NCBI GenBank assembly: GCA_051362555.1
Contig: CM120640.1
Span: forward strand, 36,847,967 to 36,911,966
Length of the DNA stretch: 64,000 bases
Direction of reading: 5' to 3'
Source: Lingula anatina
Taxonomy: Eukaryota > Animalia > Brachiopoda
Shown here: positions 1 to 13,300 of the stretch, one piece after another
Layout: each line of letters opens with the position of its first letter
Position numbering within the stretch: the first letter of the stretch is position 1
Position numbers and translations under genes: made by a program
Notes under the pieces: model-generated
The model's input: the letters and a program-made list of their open reading frames with translations, nothing else
What the model was told of the DNA's origin: nothing
Databases searched by the model: none

Positions 1-3000
1 AACGCTTGTCTGCATCCTGGGCAGAGCAGCCCTGTCTGATCAGAGTGGACAAGATTCCATCAGTCCTGGAATAAAAAGAAAAAAAAAATAATAGCATATC
101 CAGTAGAGCATAAAATAGGAGGAATATGATTTCATATATCAAATATACCAGTACTTACTAACCCTACTCACCTTACTCCAAAATTACTCATCATCAATGA
201 ATAACAGCAGTTAACAGCTACATGCATTGCTTTTACAGGCAGTAACAAAAGGAAAGAAAAAAGGAAAAAAAAACACTTAGTCTAGTAGTTCAAATGCAGA
301 CATATAAATGTGCCTACCATTCGTGTGTCATGAGATCAAACTCTCCATACAGCTGTCCCATAGTGATGGACTTGGGGTTGAGGATATAGGTGTGGGTAGC
401 CTCAAAGGGCACACCAGCTGGAGATGGTTCTCCCTTCAGTGAAGTCATGGCTTTCTGCAGGACCTCATAACACTAGAAATGAAAACAAAATGTGAAAATG
501 TGCTAAAACCATTTGCAATTAAAAGGACTCTTGTAGCATAAAAGGTAACTATGATTCTTGTACTATCACAGCATAAACTGATGACACTTCACTCCACAAC
601 TGTCCATAGTATATTATGGCATTTTCTATAATATGGCATTATTTTGTTTATATATCCTCTTAAATTTAATTTCAACTTTTTTTTTTATTTTGCAATCTTA
701 AATATAATGTATTCAAGGTCATACTTTTGTCTTTCCGGAACCAGTTGGCCCAACCAACATAAGTCCATGGCGCACAACAGTGGTCTCATAAAGCTGAATG
801 CACTTGTGTAGGAATCCATCCACTTCTTTGATGCCGAGTTTGACACAGGACTTGTTGAGGGCTTCACTAAGAGCTCCATAGTCAATAGGTTCCTCTCTAA
901 ATAAAAAATAGGCAATATTAGAGGTTCAGAAAAAAGGTACGAATCACAATCCAAGTACACTATATAGAAGTCTGAGGCATTCAGCAGTTAACAAAGTGAA
1001 CTGATAAAAGAAAGTTTTGAAGTTTAACAACTTGTAATGTACAAAGTTTTTGGTTCAACAATTTTTTCTATGCTTTCATTTCATCCATTTATCTAATTAT
1101 TTATTTATTTTTGAAAAAAAAATTAATAATGACTTAAATTTTTTAGGACATCTAAATATATAAAACATACTTGATGTTGGGGAAAAGATCTGATACAATG
1201 CCGTTGAAGAGTTTCAAATCATCTTGCAGGAACTTGGGCACATTTACATCTCTGATGGCTCTGAGAGCAATCAACTCTTCATCCATCTTGGGATTCTGTC
1301 TCTTCAAGTTGCCGGCGGCAGATATCACACTCTTCACAGCACGCATACCAAAGTCATAGTGATCCTGAAACCAGACATATACAACTTAAATGAATACACA
1401 ATATATAAAGTTAAAACTTAAAATGGAGATGTCATTTATCTTGAATTATCATCTTGGTCTCTATTTTCATCAAAATGGTAACAATGTTTATATATATAAT
1501 TGATTAACTTTAAAAAAAATTCTGAAATCTTGTAACAAGTTTTGCAAAGGAACTGCTGTCAATCATACTGAATTCAAACCCAAAACCCAAAACACTACAA
1601 AAAATAAAATAAAATAAACCACTTACCTGTGCACTAAGCTGTTCAGATGACAACTTGAAAGTTGTTGTGATTTTCTTGGAGAGGATCTTGGCATCAGAGA
1701 AACCAAAGGAGAACAAACTGATTTCTGCAATCAGGGCATAATCTGGCACCATCATAGCCACAGGACGGAACAGAGCCTGGAATACAAGGGTGTGTCTTTT
1801 TACTGGCCACAGTCTTATTGTTGTTTTTTCTTTTATCTACTTGCTTTTGAAACACCTACTTAAAACATGTCTTGTAGCAAAACACTAGAAAAAAAAATGC
1901 TTATACATGGATCCCTCTTCTATTTATTTATTTTTTTTTTGGTGGGTCAGTTATACTTTACTGACACTCCCAGATTCTATAGCCTGGCTGATGTCTTGAT
2001 TTCAGTGAACATTTCCTGCTGTTTACCTTCAAGTTGTCAGGCAGTTCTGTTCTGCCTGCATAGCCAGGGTTCATGGTGATGAACACAGCACAGGAATTCT
2101 TCAAAGCCAGCTCTACGCCTTCAAAGATGAACCTGTCCACCTATGAAACAGACACATTATTACATCACACGATGTGAACACATTGATATTTTCAATATCA
2201 AGTCATAATATCAATACAAAGCTATAGTAATATTGACCTTTATAGTATACCAAACTGTTTTGTGATTAAACTCAATTTTGACTCTAATATATTTTGTCTT
2301 AATTTATCAAAAATATGATACAACCATCCTTTTATTTGAAAATGCTATAAGTTTACAAAGTTGGGCATGCTGGTGATACATACACAGCATCTCCAGGCAA
2401 AACCATAAATAAACACAGGTAATCATAAATACATAGAAACACTTAAGTCTGTAAGTAAGAAGTGGATAATTTCTGCTAATTAAAATAATCAATAAAAATA
2501 ATAATTAAATATAATCTACATGCTAATGGGATGCTTCTACATGTATGTTGTCGAAGGAAGAAATAACTACCCAGCTGTCAGCCCGTATTTCTCTTCTCTA
2601 CCTACCTTAGCAATGAGTGCTTGCTGTATTTGGGTGATCTGCATGGCCACCACTGACAGCACCTCTATGTCAATACGGTTGAATTCATCAAAGCAAGCCC
2701 ATGCCCCTGAACTATAGAGGAAGGGAAAAGAGCTTGAAGTTATAACTACTGATTTGAAGCTACAAGCAAGAAAAGGGGGGTCAGGGATAGACAGGGTGAA
2801 CAAAATGCCCATAACCTGATGTTCTTTCCATGGTGAATCTTTTCCCAAAGTTGCAGACAAAATCATAGAGATTTATGGAATCAAATATTGAATTTAACCC
2901 CAATCTCAAATTAAAAAAAAAAGATAATCAAAAAATAATAAGATAGTAGCATGGCCATGCAAGTGAGGGTACTGCCTTGGGAAATACTACCTACAGATTG

Positions 3001-6000
3001 TAATGCAGTGTACAAGGTAATGGGGTAACCTGTAATCAATACATGCTATACACTATGCTATGATTGGTAGAGGTCTATAGGATAATCATGCAAGGATGCC
3101 AACTCTACATCCTAAAATGCTGATATCTTTTGCTAGACATGTTATCAACAATAGAACAACACCTGAAATAAAAAGGAATTAATTCTGAAAAATGGGTAAA
3201 ATACATGTAAATGTGTAGAGCTGGCAACCCTGAGTAGCTATACGTAGATCAGGTCTGGGGTGATAGTTGTACATGGAGAACATGCATATTGAAATATGCC
3301 TAAATATGCTACTGTCTAGCAAGTATGGAGAGCACCCTATGTCCAGACATATAGTGCCTACCCTTTGCTGTTGAGCTTTTTGAATGGTTGTGATCTGCTG
3401 AGCAACCACTGATAACACCTCAATGTCGATACGGTTGAACTCATCAAAACATGCCCACGCCCCAGCACTGGAAGTAGCACACCACAGAGAAACATAATCC
3501 AAGTGCAGTGCTCAAAACACAACACTTTTGTGCAAAAATTAATATTTTTTCTTTCAACACAAGGCTTTCTGAAATATGAGCAATTCTAAACAACATACCA
3601 TTTCAAAATTACTTCATAAATGAAAAATAAGTAAAGTTTAGGAAAAAAAGGTGGTGGAAATCAATATAAATTGCAAGCAAACCCCATGTACTCCAGTATG
3701 GTTTACGATACACAGTTTTGAATAGGGAATCCCAAATGCGACATACATTAATACAAACATACATTCAAACAAGTACCCAGTTTTTGCATATCCACAAATA
3801 GAAAATGCTTACATAAAATCAACCATATTTAAAATCTAATACGTAGCAATCTTTAGATCAATTAAATTACTTTTGTCAAACAAAATTTTGAGAAGCAAAA
3901 ATGAACCATGAACTTTTAAAGAATCACATGCTTCTGTCTATATGAACTATCAGCAGTCAGTCTATTATTTTCATCTAATCACCTTGCCAATCCTTTGAAG
4001 AATTTCCCCATAGCCATGAAGTCAAGCTGGTCAGAGCAGTTGAAGACCACACACTGAATGGCAAAAGCCTTGGCCAGATCCTTGGTGGTCTCTGTCTTCC
4101 CTGTCCCTGCAGGCCCAGCAGGGGCACCACCAAACTTGAGATGGAGGGCTCCAGTCAGAGTCAGGTAACATCTGAAATGGTTACACATTAGTTTGAATGT
4201 AGACACATATTTTTACCACCTGTATATGGAATCTCCACAGAATGCATATCCAGGTACAAGAACACTAAACAAATGAATAAATGGAAATAAATAAATAAAT
4301 AAATGAATAAATAAAATCATAAAAATAAATAAATAAATAATCTCATCACCATACCGATCAGTCAGTGGTGTAATAACCAAGCGCCCTGTGTTCCCCAGAT
4401 ATTCATAGCCGTACAAAAACTGGGCATTCACAGCCCGTGTGTACATGTTGTCATCTTCCAACCAGTAGTATCTGGAAACAGTACAAATATGAACATCACT
4501 TTCAAGGGCATTGTGCATAAGCATTATTACGAAAAAAAAGAAGAGATAACTTGCAATACATATTCTTCCATGAATTAAATCAAATCAATTACAACTTACA
4601 ATTAATAATAATATGTTATTTCAACTTTGATTAAGCATGTTTGAAGAAAACCTTCACCACCAAATCATTCAGTAACATCATGGGGTTTACGTAGGATTAA
4701 ATTTCATTTAGCTGAAAAGCTGGATAATCTTAAGCAATTTTTAATGAGATTAGTGATATCTCTTGCAAAACAGTAAAACATTTCACATTTTCCCAACCAA
4801 ATTAGAACAACCTTAGCATTTGGATAAGATTCTCTATACTAGGGTAAGCCAAGCTATCTTAACCTTTTGGTTCAGTTTTTCCATACCTCAACTGGCTGAT
4901 CCATTCAAAATCATTGACATTTTCCACTTTCTCTTTGACCATGTTTGCTACCACATCCCTGGCGTGGACCTCAATGACAATGAGAGCAGACAACACCTGG
5001 ATTCCAATACGTGTCAATGTCCCTCCTGTCACCAGGTTACGCAGGTCATCAAGCTGTGAAAACAGAAAAGAATCTTTGACACTGATGGCGAATAAGTGAC
5101 TAAAAATGCTGATCAATCAAAATGAAAGACCATACAGAAAAATGTGCATATGTAAAGTGATGTGAAGTGTGCACTAAGAAAAAAAAAAAAAAAAACAGAT
5201 GCATATCTTTTAATCTTTCTTCTTTTTAATAACTTTTTTGTTGAATTCTGGAAATATTTACAACTACATGTGTGTGCATGTCCCCCATTTACCTGACTTA
5301 GCAAGTTTTGAAACAGTCCAGGCAGATCTTTTCTCTCCAGTGCTGCTGACACCTCAGAAGTCCAGAATGTCTGACAGCCAGCTATGACAACCTGGCCAGG
5401 CCACTTGACTACCCACTCTGTCCTCGGGATCTGAAGAGAACACATCCAATCCAATTTTCTTATTAGTCTTATTCCTATCATATGGTATTATCTTTCTGTC
5501 TGTCAGAAAATATATGCTCGATATAAATAATAAAAAAATAAAACAAATAAAGGTCTCTGAAATCACATGATATTTTCTTTCTGTCTGTCGGAAAATATAT
5601 ACTCTTAACATAAATAATAAATAAATACATAAAATAAATACAGCTCTTACCTTTTCATAATCTTCCAAAGCATCTTTGATGATAAATCTGAGACTCTGCA
5701 TCATGACTCTCTCCACCTCCAGTAACCAGTCCTCCACATTGCCAGTGGGATACAGGGACTCCTTGAAACTCACTGATTCTCCTTCTCCAGAGTACATAGT
5801 CGTGATCTTCAGATCATCCTCAAATTTGAGCTGGAAAAACAAAAAAAAGCATGGTGGTGAAATAACAGAATTGTTAAAATAAATGCAATAATTTAAAGAG
5901 AACCTTTTGTGTAGATGGTTGATACCACCTTTTTCATCATATTATTCACTTCTTTGGAATTTTGAACATAATACAAATAGTGAATAGTTTCTAGAATGAC

Positions 6001-9000
6001 ATGTTTTCTACATTTGAAAACTTAAAAAAAAATTCTTTTTAATCATCAATACACGAGATATAAAGAAAAACCTGTTTCACATTATAGGTAAACAGTCTGC
6101 CATTTCTCACCTTGGCAATATTCTCAAAGCACTTTCTAAGATGAGGCTGTACAGCTGTAGGATCTTTGGTCTGAGAGAGAATCTCCAGCAGTTCATCATC
6201 AGACAAGAAGTAGAAGCGGGGGAAAGAATTTCTCTTGGTCTCCAGGTACTCACTCAGACCCTTCTGGACCTGCTCCAACAGTTTGTTACACTCCTTCAAG
6301 TTGTCTAACAGGCGGGCGTCAGGGCACAGTGAGATCACCTATAGAAATATAGAAGTGACATTCTTCAAATCTAAATAGTTGACTGATTATAAGCAGGAAT
6401 TGAATGTTGAAAGACAACTTAAATGTTATAATCTCCATTGTTTACATACTATATACCACACGGCTTTCAAGAAGCCAAGATCGAAGAAAATGGCAGCTAC
6501 ATAAGACCAGACAAAATAAAAATGTGCTTACCAAAAATAACACAATACACATACAAGCATAAGAACACACCAGTGTGCACATAGGACACTGGGACTAACA
6601 ATTTATACACATCTGTGCATGCATACACAAACCCTCACGCATAAATCCATACACGCACCTAAAATACAGAAACCGCTTTAACTATTAACATTTGTTCTGT
6701 ATCATAGCTTTGGGGCAGGATTTAATGTGGCAGAACATGAACAGGGTCTCAGGCTTACCTGTGGGTTGTCCCGTGCCTGCTTCATCAGCTTCCTCCAGAT
6801 TCTCTCCATGGTTTGATACCTCTTGCTCTCCACTGGCAACTGGCGGTTGATGTCCTCTGAGCTGAAGATGGGCTCCAAGTACAGCCAGGACCTCTGGCAC
6901 AACAGCCACTCATCAAGGACATCCTATCAAACACAAAACATGCAATCACCTATAGTTTCGTCTGCATGTTTGCTTGATGTTAAGCTATAACCAACGACCA
7001 GATATAACTCACATTTGAAGCCACAGAGAGTCAAATCATGTTCACTGCTTACAATACACTTGTAAGATACATACTTGTCAGCTGAAAGATTTTTTAAAAT
7101 CCCCAAGCAGCAAATCTGACAAAGAATACAAAATTTAAATGTTTATTCAAAATTGTTTTCTTATCCTCAACCAACTGCAATTGTTATACGGTGTATATAT
7201 TGCTTCATAGCTTACCTGAGTTGTTCTTAGTTTACTTTCCCATGTACTGATTCTCTCCTCAAAAGGTTTCTTGAATGGGGAGAAAGACATGCTCTGGGTC
7301 ATGACAATGTGATCATCCAAAAGCTGTGAGATTTCTTCTGATATTTTCACAATGTAGGTGCCCGTATCTTTATATGGCATCACTTCAAACAGCACTGGTG
7401 CCCATTCACCTTCCATCTTGTCAAGAGCCTGATAAATAGAAGTAAAAATTGTGATTTACTATAACATTCAGCTCAAGGTTCCATCCTCAGATATAATTAT
7501 TGCATGTGTAGAACATAGTCCATCTTTTTTTCCCCGCCATACAAAAAGCAGGAAAAATAATAGGAATTTAGCTCAATAAAGAGGAAGCTACTTAAAAAAC
7601 ATATTATAACAAATCTTTACAAAAGCTGATCAAAATAAGGACAATACAGTGCATTTTAAATAAATAAATTAATAATCCATCATTCACTTAAACATAAAAC
7701 CATATTTATTCAGAAGTTTACCTGTTCAATGGAGTATTCCTTCCCTGCTACCTCTGCCACCTTACTAATCTTTTCAATGTGATCTTGCAGTCTCATCTCC
7801 AGACACTTGGAGAAGGTCAGGGACTGTTTTGGACGCACTGGGAAACCAAGGTCATTTGACAGCTGCATACAGAAGAAAAATAGAACTGTCAATGAATGTG
7901 ATTATTATTGACTATGGAAGGCGAAATTATAAACAAGGGTTACAAAAGAAAATATGTAAAATTTAACTTTTAATGTGTATTTAATATCTAAAAGAAAGAA
8001 ATGGTCGAATGAATTTTTCAAACACTCCAACAGAACTAAGTTTGCACTTCAATCTGTCAAAAGAATTTAGCATTCCTTGCCTTCCCCTCTTCTTAATTAA
8101 AAGAAACTGTACCTAAATAAGGTTCTACTGACCTGCTCCCAATGCCTGTTCCTCATGCCTGGGTTTCTCAAGCCTTGGATAAGAGGGATATAAGGCCTGA
8201 ACTCTTCTATCATGCCTTTCACCTCTACTGCTACTTGCTGCACACCTGTAATCAGAAGATACACACAAATCAACCAGTGTCATTGGCATCTTAGCATTTC
8301 TATTACACAGATATACATTTGTAAGTATCTTGTGAGCATTACTGGCATTGCCTTAGTTCTTCTGCAAAACCATAAAATTTAGAAAAAAATCAACAAAGCT
8401 GAAACTTTGATGATATCAGTGGGGTTTGGAAATTAAAAATATACTGCACATATTATGTCATCCTTAACTGTCAATTCTATCCCATGTCTACTGTAAGTTT
8501 ATGACCATATCTCTGCAATGAGAAGCTATTTTCAAATTAAAAGATCCTACTGGTATTGAACGATCACTCCACCCTCAGGTCTGTGATGGCCATTTACAGA
8601 AAAAAAGGCGGGATTGCAAATTACAACTTAAAATTCAAACTAAAAGGCAATAACTTAACCTGCCTAAATATCTGGGAAAATATTTGAAGTTTTAAAGGGG
8701 CATGTGTATAACATCAGTTCTGCTAACTACAGGAAAATTGTGCAGGGGTTCTTGTGTATGTGTGTGCACATGTGCACATATCTAATACAGCATAACACAC
8801 AAATTGGACATCTTGGAAATGCATGCATTATACCCCGGCCATATAATAAAACATTAAAGGACAACATGATTGTATGAATTCAGAAACATTCAAGTATCTG
8901 TGCATCTATACAAGGGGAGTAATAAGTGCCATGGTGACCATATGATACTCACAAAACCCCCCATGTTCCTCCTTCACATATAATACTGAGTCAGCTGCAT

Positions 9001-10246
9001 ACAGTAAAAAGTTATATCTAAATAGTCTCCATTGCCTTAAAATCTCATTGTTTTCTACAAAAACTACAGTTCTTGCATCAAATACTGATCATAAGGAGAA
9101 AAAAAAACAAAGATAAAACTATCACAAAGTACTTTGCACATTTCTTTCAATTTCTATTTACTTCCTTTTTTCCCTAAAACTACAGGTTATGCTTCACCAC
9201 TAAATTTGAAAACACAACTCATACCAGGTATATCATTGAAAATCTTCACAGACTTGTGCATGGTTTTGTAGGAGTCATTCACATTCTTTTCCAGGCTTTC
9301 AGCATCAATGGATGTCAGCGGATCATTCATCCAGCTCTCATTCCAACGGAGCCATTCGGAGCATGTGATCCAGAGATTTCGGAAAGGTTCAAAGTCCTTC
9401 ACAAGCTTTATCAACTTGTCATACTAAAATAAAATTGGAAAATTGATGGTAGAGTTGGAGTATAGGGGAAAGGGAAAATAACTATAAACGACATGAATTT
9501 TCATGAATTTTCATTTTTAGTTCCTCACAAAAAATACTATTTGACGTGACCTTAAATCACTTTAGTATCATTTCCCCATTAATGAAACACTTCTTTGTGA
9601 ACAACATCACAAATTAGTTCAAATTTAGTGAACAATTGCATCAGATGTCCAAATAACCAGACCTCCACCCAGTACTCACGTTTGTGACAGGCAGACCAAA
9701 CAGGCGTTCCCTGTTGTTGTATTTGGCAGCATCCTCTTGAGCTTCCTTCAGCTGCTTATTTATTCTGCGTGCCTCATTGGCAATCTCATGTGCTCTGCCA
9801 ATGTCAGTGTGGGCAGCCATACCAGCAACAACCATCTAATCAAAGATGAGAAAAAGAAATGTGTTTTAAGATATTTATAACCTGCAATGACATGCAAATC
9901 ACATTTATATCACAAAAACCTTAGTGAAAAGCTAATGTTCCAGGTGCAAAATATTTTACGCTAACTTTAAAAGTAATAACAATGTCTTTTTTTGTAAACC
10001 TCTTTATACTGAAGAAAAGCAAAGAAAACCAATTCCACCAATGCTCAAAGAAAAAAAAATACAGCTTTCATCTATAGCCGCCACCCACCTGCAGTGTATC
10101 CAGTTTATCATTGAAGTTGGCCTGATCTAGGACCTGTAGCTTCCTAAACCTCTCCTCATCCTCCTCCAACTGGACCAGAGTGTTCTCCATCTGAGTCTCT
10201 ATCTTGTGTGGCCACCCAATAGCAGTCCACCTAGATACAGGAATCA

Positions 10247-10302
<56 letters not shown>

Positions 10303-13300
10303 AGTTTGTTGTCTATGTGGTGCACTTTTGTTGCTAATTTGTTGGCAAAAGTGGAGACCCAGTGTAGACAAGGTATGCAGCTCGTGGTAGTGATTCAACA
10401 GATATTTTTTTATTATTTGAAATTACATGATATCTATATTCTTACTTGGCATTGAAGTCATCAGTGGAAAGGTTATAGTAGAAATCTTCTATCAATTCAT
10501 AATCTGACATGGCCTTGTCAATGAGTTCCTACAAAGAAAAAGATATATAATAACCATTGTTACAAAATGAAGGAAAGAGGCCATAAAAAGTCACATGTAG
10601 AAAGTGAAGATAGTTTTATGTTCATTATTCAAAACAAAATAAAACACTGAATACAATTATTTGAGTGAAACTGTCACTTTTTGAATATTTCTTATCCTTT
10701 ACAGATACAACAAAACAATCTTTGGGGGACATAAATTGATCAAGTCTATTTGAATTAAGTGGGCAATTACCACAATTACCACAACTTACCTGATGTTCTT
10801 TCAGTTTTTCTGGTATTCCTTTCATCCACTCCCTCATCTCTGAGAGCTCCTCAATGCAGTTGGACTTGTCATAGAGTTTCCTGCTGATAGCCTTGAACTC
10901 TTCACAAGCCTTTAAATAATAAAGTGATGAATAATCAAATAATAAAATAATAATGGCAGAGGGTATTAAATAGACAGTGAGCAAAAACTGTGATTACATT
11001 TATCTCCGAGTATGGTAAAGCACATGAAATTTCACTTTGAAAAGATACTATACTTTAGATCATTTATAGCAGGTAAAAACTTTCCCCTACATGAGTGTTA
11101 GCTTGTAATTAACATTTTTTTATTTGGCACATTATTTTTGGATTATTTTTGGCACATAGTTAAAGGGTGATTGTATTTTAATATCCTGTTAAATGATAAC
11201 TAGCTTACATCATCTGCTTGTTTCCTGAGCTGTCTAGCTAACAGCTCCAGTACAGCATTACTCAGGTCTTTCCTCTTCTTTGCCAATGCCTTCCTCACTG
11301 TGTCTGTGTTGATCCAGAATGGTCCTATGACTATGGTGCTTGGGATGGTGGCTTCAATCACTTCCTTCTCTTTCAAGTGCATCTCTACTTCATGCTTCAC
11401 TTCAGCGGCTGATTTGCCTTGCTTTTCATACTCCCTTGAAGCAAACAAAAACACGGTTTACAGTTTTAAGATGGACCTGATAAGAGAGGCAAGTAAAAAT
11501 CAGAAGTCCCTTTTTAGCTGTAAATTTCCCATCATATCAACAATCAATATATCAAGATTCCACCACACACATTCAGTTGGTACAATAATAAAACAAAATG
11601 GCAATATCTTCTACTTACTTGACATATGCATTTATGTCCAAATTCATCAACTCCAAATGTTTCTCATACTCTCTGGCATAGGCTTTCATAGGAATGAGTG
11701 CTTTCTTTATGGCATTTGTCACTGTGGTTCTCAGTTCCTCCACAGGTGGTTCATGTTCTCCCACAGACTCCAGCAGAGGTGTGCCAGACCAGAATATGTC
11801 TTCCATGATGTACTGAATTAGAAAAAAAATCAGAAAATAAAACTTTACAATTAAATTTTTTGAAAATTGTGTGTGCATGCACGTGTGCCTGCATGTTCGT
11901 GTATAGATGTACATGTACATGCATAATTGTGAAGGGCATAAATGATATGTACTCATGAGTGAGCTCCTGCACAAGCATTTAATTGCTTTTAATCAATTCA
12001 CATACCTTTTCCAGCTGTGGCACACTCTGTGTGGATGAGATGCCTTTGTCAAACAAGCTGATCAGAGTGCTCTCAAAGCTGTTCAGATTAGTACTGTAGT
12101 GGGCGCCTTCTTTGTCCAGAAGCAGATCCACCAAAAACAGGGCATTCCTCTTGGGTCTGAATTAAGATCAATACTATACGAATCCCTTTCCCACGATCAT
12201 ACATTTTTATAATTGAAATTCAATATTTTAAATTGTCAGTTAGTGATTTAAAAATAGGAAAAATGAAATCAACTTCTTTAGTATATTAAGTTGATAAATA
12301 ACTTTCATGACCAACAATAAAATTACTTCATCGTTTTTAATGGCATCATTATCAACTTATTAACAAATAGGGACTGTGATTAAGTGTTCCTCACCTGTAG
12401 TTACTGGCTAAAAGGTCTGGTCCCCATTCTCTGTCTTCTTCATAAGACAAACAGGCATGGCAGGCATCCAGTACATTCTGGGTGTAAGAGACCAAAGAGT
12501 CCTGGACCAGGTACCTCAGGGAATCCTGCAATAACCAGTGCCAACAAGGTTTTAAACTAGGCAGTAAATGCTGTCAAATATACAGATTTCACTCTTCATA
12601 CTCCACAACAAATTTGAGTTTTAGTTTGCTATTATATTGATGAAAGGTCTATTATTCTGAGCAATTACTGTCCTTCAGTATAAAATTATAACATTACAAA
12701 AATGTGTTGAAGAGTTCCAATTTAATAACAGTAACTAAGAAAATAACTTTTTTGTTGGGAAACTGTGGTGGGCAAATTTTTGAAAAAAACTCACTTATTT
12801 TGAGTAATCTGATGTCATATTGGGGTTCGTGCAAACAGTTCAACTTATATGCCACCAATATTTTGAATTACCTGCATATTAAACTTGACCATCTCCATCA
12901 GCTTCTTGAGCTTGGAAATCTGGTACACATCCCAGTTGGTCTCGTGGATATTAAACCAGCCCTTCCCACTGTCCCTCAAGCTGGTCCTTATGGCAGCTCT
13001 CAGTGTGGTGATCCAGCTGTCCTTCAAAAACAGGGAAACCTGGAGAGAAAATAAAAGTCATAATTTGCAGAAACTGTTTTAACACAATAGATCTATATAT
13101 TTTCAGAATAATTGTGAAATTAAAGTAGTGATAAATGCACAAAATGCTTACCTGGGATGTGGCCTGACTTTGTGTCTGTTCAAACTCCTCAAGCCTCATG
13201 GGTTTACTCATAGGTAGATGGAAGAGGCACATAGCAGAGACCTTGTTACATTCAGTCCTGACTTTGCCAATGGCTGAGATACTCTCTTCTCTGGTCAGCA

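Noticed and set aside
10068-10455. Poly-isoleucine ORFs on both strands
   Set aside because: Translation of an intronic (ATT)n microsatellite; only ~10089-10230 is a real dynein exon.
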